A DNA stretch of 61,272 nt, filler included. It is 11 parts of 11 records of this genome, joined end to end, with 100 filler letters (N's around TTAATTAATTAA, not from the genome) between each part and the next. Parts side by side here need not be neighbours in the genome. Positions count along the whole stretch, not along the records: positions 7,933 to 10,989 come from SRR7504441_13438; positions 11,090 to 16,199 come from SRR7504441_13442; positions 16,300 to 21,260 come from SRR7504441_13446; positions 21,361 to 25,684 come from SRR7504441_13451; 7 more parts are not named here. One strand, 5' to 3'. Shown one piece after another: positions 10,909 through 21,365 of this stretch (position 1 is its first letter; each line of letters begins with the position of its first letter). The translations under genes and the position numbers were made by a program. The notes beneath the pieces were generated by a model. That model was not told the DNA's origin. It searched no databases and saw only the letters and a list, made by a program, of their open reading frames with translations.

Positions 10909-10989
10909 GTTGTCTGGGGTGTGGCTGTGCGATTCAATAGGCGCCTCGAGTATCTGTGCCTCCAGTTCGGCCTTGATCTCTTCCCGTGT

Positions 10990-11089
10990 NNNNNNNNNNN
11001 NNNNNNNNNNNNNNNNNNNNNNNNNNNNNNNNNTTAATTAATTAANNNNNNNNNNNNNNNNNNNNNNNNNNNNNNNNNNNNNNNNNNNN
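10990..11089. other. Artificial contig linker
   Basis: N44-TTAATTAATTAA-N44. Confidence 0.98.
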
Positions 11090-11359
11090 TCATCAGGTTG
11101 CTCCTCCTCGCCGGCCTCGTCGCCGCCGCCCGTACTCGACGTTAGCTTACAATCATGATGTCCAGCTAGATGATAAAAATCCACTTCTAGAATGATATCG
11201 AGAACAATGACGCGTACTCCCTCCCCTCCCCCCCCCCGGAGCTTGCCCTACCTCGCACGATTTGTTCGAAAAACCATTGAAATACAATCATGTAACCAGT
11301 TTGCTTATCACGACCAAAGCTCTAGATCTAATTAAGATCTAGTACATGTAAGCTTACAT

Positions 11360-13632
11360 CTACTTGTTTTTCTTTTTGTACTTGGCGGCAATGGCGTCAA
11401 AATATCGCTCTACTTGCTCCAGATATTCTTGCCTTGACGAGACACTCGAACGCACACATATGATCCGCGAGGCGCACTCCGGCTTGCGCATGAACGAGGC
11501 CCGGAATCCGTTCATAACGAGCCGCTTGAGCTGATCAAAATCTAGTTTGAATTCGCTGACTGCGAGATAAACCTGCCTCGGCTAGAGCCCCCCACCCCGC
11601 CGGGCTGGAACCTCCTGCATCATGTCAGTGTTGCAGATTGTGCGGTTGTCGGTGCAGAGCGCGAGTGACATGTTGGCTTGCAACATCCTCTTGAACGGGT
11701 GGTCTTTGATACTCTTCAATTCAAGTCCACATGGCTTAGCGAGCCGGGCAGTGTGCCAATTGCTCGACAGGCAAACCTGGCACCACCTGTGAGCACGCGC
11801 CATAACCACCGCACCTCAACAGTCACTTGCTTCGCCGCTAAGAACTCGGCAAACTGCTCGACCCAGTGCTCGCGGGCTTCGGCCATGGCCGCGTTCCGCC
11901 TCGATTGGGTCACAAGCAGCATTCCTTCAGCCTCACTCGTCTTCCTGCGGCTCGCTGTGTCGCTCCCTGGCTTGATCATCCTTACCTGCACCGCAGCTCG
12001 GCCCAGCCAGCTGGGGGCAGCGCCTGCTGCTCTAGCCGCTGGATGTCCTCTTCAGACGGCGGGGCCAACTCTCTGGCCAACTTGGCCTCGAGATCGGCCC
12101 TCGAACATCCACTGGGCACAGAGATCCCGCGGCCCTCGAGCGTAACCCGGATCTGTCCGTCTGTGTGTTTTGATAGGTCAGGCACCGCCAACGGCTGCAG
12201 GCCAGGCGTCAGCCGGGCAGGGCGCAGAGAGCTGCCTTGTTGACGTGCGTGGCATGGTGGGCCTGGAAGAGGGTCAGAGCGTGTGCCAGTCGGTCTGGAC
12301 TGAGCTGTCTGATCGCTTCGTGGATCGTGCTCGGACCAGCTATCTGCCCCGCCTGCACTGTGGTCTGGAGCATGCCCTCTCGCGCCATCCTGCCTGCCGT
12401 TGGCCAGCCCGAGCGCAGCGCGCCTGAACGCCGCGGCGTGCACCGACAGGTCTGCTGCTGTTGGGTCTGCTCCCACCAGGTCCAAACCCACCACAGGGAT
12501 CGCGTGCTCCTGCCCGACAGCTCGTCACGGCTGCCGCTAGCCAGGCACCTCGCGTGCGGCCAGCGCGGCGCAGGCGAGTGCGACTGAGGCTTGGCTGAGG
12601 ATCTGGTCAGTGGGCTGCTCCACGCTGTGCAGCTGGCAAAGCTGGCTAAAGTATGGCGAGAAATCGGCCTGAATCCCGGTGTGAGCCGGCCGGCGCGCGA
12701 GATGGGCTGCCTGCCAGCTGCGGAGCGCACAGAGCACCAGTCCAAAGTGGAAGTGCGGGACAGTAACTTGCCCGGGCAGCTCAACGTCTAGTCCTCCTGC
12801 AGCAAGCGTGAGATCCGAGCGGCGTGCGCCACACCTGAGTCGACTATCTCCTCGTTAAACCGCTCCTGGGCATCAGCCATTCCCCGGTACACCGCACGAA
12901 TGACCGCATCCACAGGCAGACGCTCGCTGCTGTGCAGCTGCGGGGCGAAATGGACCTGCGCCTGCACCTCACCCAGGCACTGCGCCAGCTCGCCTCAAAG
13001 TAACGGATGCCCTCGCTGAAGTTGTCCCAGGCCAGCTCGTAGGCGATCCGCTCCAGGTTTTCGGCGGTGTTCATCACCGAGGTTGATAGCTGGAACCCGT
13101 ACAGGTATCCCTCCAGCGTCTTGTACGAGTTGTTATTCTGCAATTTAAACACCTGCACCGCCCAGCTGAGCCGCCCCAGGCCGCCGGCGGGCCTTTTGCT
13201 TGAGCCCTTCCTCGTCCAAGTCGATCAGCCCAGCTTCGTTGGCCAGCTCGCACAGCGTATCCAGCCGCACCGACCTGCCCGCCCGGCTCGGCCCGACCTC
13301 CGCCCGCCCCGGCACCCGTCCAGGTGCACGCGCAGGTCGGCCTTGGGCATCCGCTCCAAGAAGGCCTGGTAGTCCTCCAGCTCGTCGAACGCATCGCCCT
13401 GCGGCTCTTTCGCTGGCCCTGGCCGTCACAGGCGCACCGCACACACGGGCGCACCGGCGCGGCTCGGCAACACGCTGCTCCGGCTCCGGCGCGGTGGCGG
13501 GCGGCGGAGCTCGTACTGGGTGCGCAGGTAGCACACGGCGACCCAGGCCCCGACCAGGAAGCTCCCGGTCGCGGCCACCACGCCAAAAACTGTATCCCGC
13601 ATCGCCCAAGTCAAATTTGTGGGTGGCATCAT
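11360..13632 (-). CDS. Adenosine deaminase-family protein with an N-terminal TM helix, probably catalytically inactive (multi-exon)
   Basis: MPKADLRVHLDGS, ERIAYELAWDNFSEGIRYFEVHFAPQLH, VVGLDLVG, TVQAGQ, DRLAHA, EVCLSSN, HPF and LCTDNRT. Several introns are GC-AG. Confidence 0.85.
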
Positions 13633-13789
13633 GATCAGAGTTCAGCACGATGGTGCTGTCGGCGTGTCGGGCGGCCTTGAGCAGTCCCACTCCTCGACAG
13701 ATGTGTTGGCGCTCTTCACTAGTACCTAGTACCTAAGAAACTGCTGCCGGTAGTTCGATTAATTTTATTTTTATATCCTTCGGAAAGTG

Positions 13790-14064
13790 AAATTAAAGTG
13801 TCGATTTGAGTTGCACGCTTGCTCCCTAGCTTATTCCTTATTCGAAACAGCCCCGTTGGTCCTCGAGCTCTTTACCGGCATAGAAGAGCCTCTGCTGTGC
13901 AGGCGGGACGCCCTCCTTATCCTGGATTTGTTTCATCAGCGCCAGCACGGTGGTGCTCAGATAGTCCAATCTGCATGACGCATCGCCTCCCTCCTTCAGC
14001 CCGAGTGCCTCAACCTCTGCTGTGATCACCTTCTTCCCAGTAGGTGAGTGAGACCTGGATCACC
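13790..14064 (-). pseudogene. Decayed ubiquitin-like domain downstream of the Ubl gene
   Basis: [37 protein letters not shown] is out of frame with the upstream ORF, and similarity continues through two stop codons. Confidence 0.6.
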
Positions 14065-14617
14065 GTGCGCTGGCCACCCGCTCGATGTCGCCCTGCAGCG
14101 CGGCCTCCATCTCGGCGGCCGAGATTACCTCCAGGTGTTCCTCACTCACCCGCAGCCGCTGGGCCGTGTTCCGCCGCCTGTCGGCGTAGTGCGTCGACCC
14201 CGAGGTCTGCACAATGTACTTGCCGCGCTCGCCGTCGTACGAGTGCACTGTGCCGATGGTCCGGTTCCATTTGTTGCTCAACCCGACCAGGCGGACTCGG
14301 GCCGGGCGCGGCCACGAAAAGCGCAGCTCAGGAGGGAGCACAACCTCGGCCGGCACCACGTGACCGAACGGCTCGCCCCCGCCCAACCGCCCGTTGATGA
14401 TGTGAATGGTGCTGCACTCTGCCGGGAACCCGTAGCTGCCCAGCGTCCGGCCCGGCTCGAGTCGCACATTCTCTTTGGACACCGGGAAGGCGGCCGGCGG
14501 AGTGCGCGGGTCCAGGCCCATCACCATGGCCATCAGCTCGTCGGTGAGCGCCTCAGGTCCGAGCTCGATCTTGAGTAGCAGGCCCATGTGAGTCTTCACC
14601 TGGAGCGGCTCCACCAT
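14060..14617 (-). CDS. Ubiquitin-like domain ending RLGGG, followed by an SH3/KOW-like domain
   Basis: LQVKTHMG..LEPGRTLGSYG..STIHI..RLGG, then RVRLVGL..GTVHSYDGERGKYIV. Confidence 0.65.
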   Translation of the reverse strand: MVEPLQVKTHMGLLLKIELGPEALTDELMAMVMGLDPRTPPAAFPVSKENVRLEPGRTLGSYGFPAECSTIHIINGRLGGGEPFGHVVPAEVVLPPELRFSWPRPARVRLVGLSNKWNRTIGTVHSYDGERGKYIVQTSGSTHYADRRRNTAQRLRVSEEHLEVISAAEMEAALQGDIERVASAR

Positions 14618-14959
14618 CTCGCCGTCACACGCCGAATCGTGGACGGGTCCACTCAACCGCCGCGTGTGCCGGTGCTAATGGTGCAGCTGAGCTTATCCGA
14701 CTGAAGCCACGTTGAATACTCCGCTGTATCCGTGGCTCCAAGAGGAGCTGGAAAGCAAGGTTCAAATAAAAACATAATAAAAACAGATGGAAATGACCAT
14801 AGTACAAGTAATTAGTATACGCAGCAGTACATCGAAGTGCATGGTTTTACCGTGAAGTATACAATCAAAGCGAATTCATATTGATAAGTGACAACCGTGT
14901 CATTTGGCTAGCTGTTTGCAACATGTTGTGAGTGCCGCGACGAGCGTTCTTGTGTCTCA

Positions 14960-16117
14960 CTACTCTGCCCACGGAGCAACAGTAGGCCTTTTCACGATAT
15001 ACTTGTTGATGAAAGCCTGCGCCGAAGCACGGAGAGACGCCACCTGCCTGTCCGACTCGGCCGGATCTGCTGCGCCTGAGCTGGTGGCCTTTGCGCCTGC
15101 GGCTTGCCTCTGTGCCAGCACGGCCTCCAGCAGCGGCTTGATCTCCTCAATCTGTGTCTTGGCCCGCTGGGCAGCCGTCTCCGCACCGTGTGCCCGTTCC
15201 CGCGCCTGCTTAGTGTCCTGCCGCTCCTTTGCGAGCAGCTTCTCCAGCTCGATCAAGCTGCCCTCCACCGCCTGCCGTTGCCGCTTGAGCTCAGCAATCG
15301 ACTCTCGTGCTGCAGACAATTCCAGCTCCATAGGACCCACTCGGGCCAGTTGGCTCTCGGCCTCTACTTGGCTCTGCGCACCCGCCCGCTTGCACGCCGC
15401 AAGATCGGCCTGGCTCTCCGCGAGCGCCGCCTCCAGCTGGGCAACAGACCGGCCTGCCGCCCTCGACCCGGTGAGCAGCTCAGTCAGCCTCGCTTGTTCA
15501 AGCTTGTGCGCCCCGTCGGAGCTCTTGAGCAGCTCGGTCGCCTCCCGGAGCATCTGCTTCAGCTCCCCGTTCTGCTCCTCGGCCGCCGCTAGCCGCGGCT
15601 CGAGTCTGGCCCGCAGTTGCTCGGCCTGCTCGCGTAGCTCGGTCACCCGCGCCTCCTCGGCCAGCTCGGTCCGCACCGCCGTCAGGTTGGCGCTGTTGAT
15701 CTGGGCCTGCTCCCGGAGCTGCCCGATCGCCGCGTCCGCCGTCTTCTGGGCCTGGGCGTGCTTGGCCTCCGCTAGCTCCAGCTCCGAGGCCAGCCTTCTG
15801 TTGTCCGCCTCCAGACGCTCGCGCTCGCGGCCGGCCGCCCTGACTACTTCCTGCTCGCGGGCCCGCTCGGCTCGCTCTTGGAGGAGCTCCATCCGCAGCC
15901 GGTTGAGCTCGTCCGTTGGGACCGGGGCGGTGAGCGCTGGGACCGCCACCGGGAGGTGAGTACTGACCGGGACCGCGCCGGTGACCAGCTCGTTCATCTC
16001 AGCGGGCACAGGGTGCTTGGCTGGAGGTGCAAGACCTCCAAGGAGGTCGGCTGCCTGCCAGCCCAAGACCTCGGGCCCGCCGGGATCAGCCCGCCAGTCG
16101 ACCAGCGCTGCGTCCAT
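14960..16117 (-). CDS. Coiled-coil protein of unknown function
   Basis: 385-aa ATG ORF rich in E/A/R/L/Q with a heptad pattern. Confidence 0.7.
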   Translation of the reverse strand: MDAALVDWRADPGGPEVLGWQAADLLGGLAPPAKHPVPAEMNELVTGAVPVSTHLPVAVPALTAPVPTDELNRLRMELLQERAERAREQEVVRAAGRERERLEADNRRLASELELAEAKHAQAQKTADAAIGQLREQAQINSANLTAVRTELAEEARVTELREQAEQLRARLEPRLAAAEEQNGELKQMLREATELLKSSDGAHKLEQARLTELLTGSRAAGRSVAQLEAALAESQADLAACKRAGAQSQVEAESQLARVGPMELELSAARESIAELKRQRQAVEGSLIELEKLLAKERQDTKQARERAHGAETAAQRAKTQIEEIKPLLEAVLAQRQAAGAKATSSGAADPAESDRQVASLRASAQAFINKYIVKRPTVAPWAE

Positions 16118-16199
16118 GCCGCCAACGCTTTCACCGTCAGCGCGCCAACGGAATTACGGTTAATAATTTGAACGAATGTCATTATTTGATGACGCTTTC

Positions 16200-16299
16200 N
16201 NNNNNNNNNNNNNNNNNNNNNNNNNNNNNNNNNNNNNNNNNNNTTAATTAATTAANNNNNNNNNNNNNNNNNNNNNNNNNNNNNNNNNNNNNNNNNNNN
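16200..16299. other. Artificial contig linker
   Basis: N44-TTAATTAATTAA-N44. Confidence 0.98.
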
Positions 16300-16326
16300 C
16301 CCCCCCCCCCCCCCCCCCCCCCCCCT

Positions 16327-17200
16327 CGGCCAGGCACCTGCACGCCTCCCACGAGCGCCGAGATGCTCCCATACAGCAGCGGGTTCAGCTTGTGCTGCAC
16401 CGCCCGCGAGCAGTGCCTAGCCCCCGCTCCCCCCCGCCCCCGCCGAGTAGGCGCACCGTTGGGTGTAAAAGAGCGTCATGGCCGCAATGAAGGTGAATCC
16501 GACCACCTGGCGGGGTGAGGGCGGGGCGGCGGCGGCCGGCACCACAGAGATGTAGATCGTGAACGACTGGCGGCCGAACATGTCGATCAGCTGCCAGAAG
16601 TCGCTGCCCCCCGGTTATCGCGGCAGCCGGGTTGGGCACCGGGTGGGCTGGGCGCGCGCCCCGAAGATGCAGGTGGTTGTGGCTCCGAGGAAGATCACTA
16701 TGGTGGACGCGATCTCAACCGGACCGACCTCCTCCTTCAAGAAGTATGACGAGAGCAGCGCGTTCAGCAGCACCTGCCCGCAGAGCTCGGCAGACTCGCC
16801 GGGGGGCGGCTGCCGTGACGGAGGTGAGTGGGGCGATGTCAATCAGCGGCGCGTGGAGCAAGGCGAGCGCGTCAAACACACCTGCCGTCCGTTAAATCAG
16901 AGCTAGACACCCCGCCGCACCGCCCATCGCCACGAACAGGAGTCCCGTCCACCTGGCGGCCGGTCGGGCCGGGGCCGGCCGGCCGGGCACCAGCGCCATC
17001 GGATGATGTAGTGCTCCCACTCGTTGACGTTGTGCGAATGCTTCTGGAGCACGAGCCCGGTCGAGGCGCAGAAACTCGCGATCAGAGAGAACAGCGTGCC
17101 CTCCGCACGGCCCATCCTTTCGCCGCTCCGCCCTCGCCCCTTGTCGCGGCCGGGCCAACCGACTTTTGAGAGGCAGCATCCCGTCAGCCAGCTGCAGCAT
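16327..17200 (-). CDS. NIPA-type Mg2+ transporter (DMT superfamily), 3' end truncated
   Basis: GLVLQKHSH, RWRWWTGLLF and VLLNALLSSYFLKEEV..STIVIFLG after removing short introns. Start is 17200 or 17179. Confidence 0.75.
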
Positions 17201-18097
17201 GGAGAATTGGTGCCGGAGTTGGGGGGGCGCCGCGAGCTTTGGGGGGCAGGATCGCGTACCACGCCTCGCCGGGGAAGATCACCTCGCGCCAGCCGGTGGA
17301 CGCGTTCGTTGTGCTCGACCTCGAGGAGACCTGCAACCAGTACAGCAGGGACAGCCCGCAGGAGGCATCCCCCCAGTACGCTGAGGCCCTCACCCGAGAC
17401 AGGTGATTGAGATTTCGGCCGCGGCGGTGGACGCGACCTCCGGGAACATCCTGTCCGAGTTCCACACCTTCGTCCGGCCCCAGGCGCCCGGCTGGTGGTG
17501 CCGGCCCAGAGCCCTGGACAGAACCAGATCACCAAACACTGCGAGCAAAGCACCGGCATCGCCGAGAGCCATCTGCAGCAAGCGAGCAGCTTCGCGCAGG
17601 CCCTCACAGACTTCGACGACTGGTGCCCGCCGGCTGCTGAGCTGCTTGAGGCAGTGGCAGGTTCCGGTACCTTAAAATCAAGTCGGGCGAGCGGTCGGCG
17701 GCGTTTGTCACCTGCGGGAATCGGGACTTGCTCTCGCTGCTCCCGGCGCAGGCGGAGGCGGCCGGGGTGCGTCTGGCCGGGTACTGGTCCAGCTGGGTGC
17801 TGGCTCGCCTGTGGATGGTCTAGCGGGTCGCAGGTGAATATTAAGTCGGCGTTTGGGCGAGGCTATGGCATGCAGCCGGCCGATCTGCTCGGGATGATGG
17901 GCGAGCTGGGGATCTACCACGTGGGCAAGCAGCACGGCGGGATCGACGCGGTCCGGAACGTGGCCCGGATAGTGTCGAGGATGGTGTGGGACGGCAAGCT
18001 GCTCGAGCTCGATTATGAGTTCGGCCAGCCGTACGTGCCGGCGCCAAAGGCCCGCAAGCCGCAGGTAGGCTCTGTTAGAGTGAATGAGCAGGGCTAG
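17199..18097 (+). CDS. ERI1/ERI3-family DEDDh 3'-5' exonuclease-like protein
   Basis: VVLDLEETC, QEVIEI, EFHTFVRP, STGI, FVTCGNRDL, WVNIK and HGGIDAVRNVARI. GC-AG introns at 17365-17402 and 17484-17521. Confidence 0.85.
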
Positions 18098-18374
18098 AGA
18101 GGTGTGCTGGTCTGACTCAGCGGTGCACTTTTGTAGGCGAAGATGACGATTCCGCAGCTCACGCACAACCCGAGAAGCTTGGTGTGACAAAATTAATGTC
18201 TCAGTTCGGATCTACTCGTAGTATCACACCCGATGAGAGATCTAGATACATTTGATTCATCTAAAGTGTTATAAAGAGTAAATTTAGCTATATGCATGAG
18301 CTCTTGGATCTGCAAGTCCTCCTATGTCCTAGGATGTCAATTGTAACAGTAACCGATTCCGTCTCACCGAAGCG

Positions 18375-19691
18375 CTACTCAAATGCGGGGTACATCGGTG
18401 TCTCCAATCCCTCATACCGTGCCTTGAGTTGCAGTGCCAAGAACAAAGAATGTTGCCGGCTTTGGTGCAGGTTGCCACCATGGCACCACAGATTCTTCTG
18501 CTTGGTGGGCTTCCACATGTTTCGGAGCTCGCCCTCCCACGGGCCAGGGTCCTTCTTCTCGCCAGAGCCCAGCCCCCAGACCCTTCCAACCTTGTCCTTA
18601 GTCTGCTCATCAACCAGCGCACCGATCCACTCGCTCATGTTGCCATACCCAGTGGCACAAACCACCAGATCAGCGTCGAGCACTTCGCCAGAGCTCAGCT
18701 CCACAGCCCGTGTCTGCATCTTTGCTATCTCTACCCCGGCTTTGAGTCGCCGGATCGTGACCGGTGCGCCGTCCCTGATGGCTTCCACGGTCCACTTGCC
18801 AGCGACCTCGTCAAAGCTGGCCTTCTTGCATTCTGTCTTGCTCCAGTAGTTGACTTGCATCACCTTGGTGTACATTTCCATCCAATCACCCAGCATATCC
18901 TTGGGCGTGAACACCGGCCAATTCTCCGGGAAAGGGATGTACGGGAAGTGGTCATACCAAACTGGGTCGTGCAGCACCAACGATTTGTACCGATTCCGCC
19001 AGGCATCGCCTGGCCTGCCCTGCTTGTCCATGACAACGTGAGGGATCCCCAGTTGGCGCAGTCGGGCCCCGAGCATGATCCCGCACTGTCCACCCCCGAT
19101 CACCAGCACGTACGGGTCGACTGCGATCCCAATCTCGGCCGCTTCCTTGAGCTGGCGCTGTTGCCAGTTCTCTGCCGGCCGGCCGGAGACTGGCGCCGAC
19201 CATTCGCCGGGCTTGCCGGAGCAGCCAGGTTGATAGCCATGCGCCCGGCTGTTGGTGGCGTCGGTATGTTCCTCGAACCCCTTGAGTTCCTGCGCTGCGG
19301 TCATCAGCGTTGTGGCACGGCCCTCCTGGTTGATTCGGACGTACCCGCGCCCCCTGAACAGCTTGTTCTCAAACTTGAAATGGCCCTCCTGCTTATCGCC
19401 GGACCCCAGGCAGGGCACCCAACTATCCTCCACCGGCTCGTTTCCGGGGACGGTCCGCTCCAGGGCTTGCTGGATGGCCTGCTGGCCCTCGAAGGTGTGG
19501 ATGTTCCATGTGAAGCTCACCAGGTCCCGCCAGAACACATTCTGCTCGCCTGCCGCAAGCAGCCCAGCCGCCCCCTCGAAGTCGGCCGCCCGCAGCCGGG
19601 ATGAGAACGTCCGCAGCCAGCCGGACACGCAGGGCAGCGCCTCGGGCACTTCCTCCGGCTTAGCAACTTGAGTCGATGCACCGCAGCCCAT
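18375..19691 (-). CDS. Bacterial-type flavin-containing monooxygenase-like protein lacking its NAD(P)H-binding segment
   Basis: FWRDLVSFTWNI, VIGGGQCG, GDAWRNRYKSLVLHDPVWYDH, CATGY, DPGPWEGELRNMWKPT and HGGNLHQSR. N-terminus is MGCGAS. Intronless. Confidence 0.85.
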   Translation of the reverse strand: MGCGASTQVAKPEEVPEALPCVSGWLRTFSSRLRAADFEGAAGLLAAGEQNVFWRDLVSFTWNIHTFEGQQAIQQALERTVPGNEPVEDSWVPCLGSGDKQEGHFKFENKLFRGRGYVRINQEGRATTLMTAAQELKGFEEHTDATNSRAHGYQPGCSGKPGEWSAPVSGRPAENWQQRQLKEAAEIGIAVDPYVLVIGGGQCGIMLGARLRQLGIPHVVMDKQGRPGDAWRNRYKSLVLHDPVWYDHFPYIPFPENWPVFTPKDMLGDWMEMYTKVMQVNYWSKTECKKASFDEVAGKWTVEAIRDGAPVTIRRLKAGVEIAKMQTRAVELSSGEVLDADLVVCATGYGNMSEWIGALVDEQTKDKVGRVWGLGSGEKKDPGPWEGELRNMWKPTKQKNLWCHGGNLHQSRQHSLFLALQLKARYEGLETPMYPAFE

Positions 19692-21260
19692 GCTGGTTGT
19701 GGTGGACCTGTGGTCAGATCGCCGACAGCAACTACCGGTGAGAGATGGGCTAAGAATAAAATAGACTAAGAATAGACGAATAGACGGGGTGCAACGCTTG
19801 TACTAGGCGAGCGGGCGAGTTCCGCGAGTTCTCATTGTCACACTCATGCCCAAGATGCTGCCTGACAGACGCCACCGTATACCAACTGAGGTCGCTAGGA
19901 TACGACTTGCAGTTGACACACCAGTCGGCAATGGTCCACGCTGACTGAGATTACGCAACCATGACAGAATTTTCAGTGTGATTTGTATCATGATTTCTAT
20001 TAAAAACCAACAATTGAACCAAAAATATTTGACATCGAATCACACGTCATTGCACACAATTTACATGAAGCTCAATTTTCTAATTTGAATTCCACACAAA
20101 CCTCTTAGGCATCCAATTGTGTTACAGGTTCCTCAAGCGCTAGCAGCCTGAGGAGTGTCCTCACTCCTAGATTCACGGACGGATGCACTCATGGAGCCCC
20201 CGGACTTTGTCATTTCAAGCAGTTGTGGGGTATCTTGACCCATAACACACTCATGTACATCGACAGCATGTTGTTGATACTTTTGACACTCCCCACCGCG
20301 GCGAGCTCGAGCCGTCGTCGGCGGCACGCCTCATTCTGCAGGCGCTCCAATCTTCGGGCGGGCTGCTCCAGACTCCTTCCTAGCCACAAAATTTGCGACC
20401 ACACGCACGAAGCCGGCGCCGTGATGCTTACAAGCTGAGTTGACCTTGCCTGTCGTCGAAAACCTTGTCAAAGCACGAAATCATAAATGCACGGTGGGGA
20501 AAGCGCGGAATAGAAGCGAACTAGAATCAGAATCGTCTTGAGATTTCTCATAGGCAGCGTGTACGTAGCGTAGCGATTGAGGTACAATTGAGGGTTCTGC
20601 TTATCTGTAAAACTGACACTAAAAAGTTCTACTACTGTAACTTTTCACTCACGCTAGTTTATTGTGTCAAAAATTGAAGCAATGAGGTGCCATACAATGT
20701 CATGTGTACAGAAATGCAGCCTATTTTCCCTCCTGCTACCCTCACTATACCCTCACTATGTGCAACACTTCGTTCAGCTAATGTTCCACTAGAACTTTGT
20801 TTCAATTCAGTCGGTTTTGTGTCTTCTAGATTGAGCAGCGCTCACTCGCAGCTAGTAGACAGTCTAGATCTTCCTCAAGACAGTGAACTTGAGCGCAGAC
20901 TCACAGCCTGCAGCTCGGGGGCGTCCTCTGCGACTTGATCGAGTTATGGGACCGTCAGGCGATGAGCCTATCACAGCCTGGTGCACTGACCCTGATGGGA
21001 TCGAGCGGCATGTACGTTATGATACTTTGCGTCCTCTTGCCTCTAACGTTGAGGAAAAGTTGATGCCAAAATTTTTGAATGGCACCTCGGCGTGCGCGTA
21101 TAATAAAATAGTTACTTCATTCACCACTCACAAGGTCCGTTGGCTGGCCAGCTGAGCTGTAACTGAAGTTCCTAGCGCGGTACAGGTGGAACCACTCAAA
21201 CCGGTAAAAGTATACCGGATGACATAGTCGTGTGTGTGGGTGATTTCTCACATGACTTCT

Positions 21261-21360
21261 NNNNNNNNNNNNNNNNNNNNNNNNNNNNNNNNNNNNNNNN
21301 NNNNTTAATTAATTAANNNNNNNNNNNNNNNNNNNNNNNNNNNNNNNNNNNNNNNNNNNN
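21261..21360. other. Artificial contig linker
   Basis: N44-TTAATTAATTAA-N44. Confidence 0.98.
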
Positions 21361-21365
21361 CGGCG

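Noticed and set aside
13826-13840. Stop-codon reassignment suggested by TAA/TAG inside the ubiquitin-like remnant
   Set aside because: TAA and TAG end other genes at the expected places (CutC, the FMO, the ADA-like gene), I saw no in-frame stops in conserved exons elsewhere, and the remnant also has frameshifts.
16300-16325. Poly-C run (also (GAGG)n at 56605-56640)
   Set aside because: Low-complexity sequence at contig ends, likely where assembly broke.
19800-21260. Lower-GC stretch with short ORFs, possible transposon relic
   Set aside because: No transposase, RT or terminal-repeat signature that I can support.
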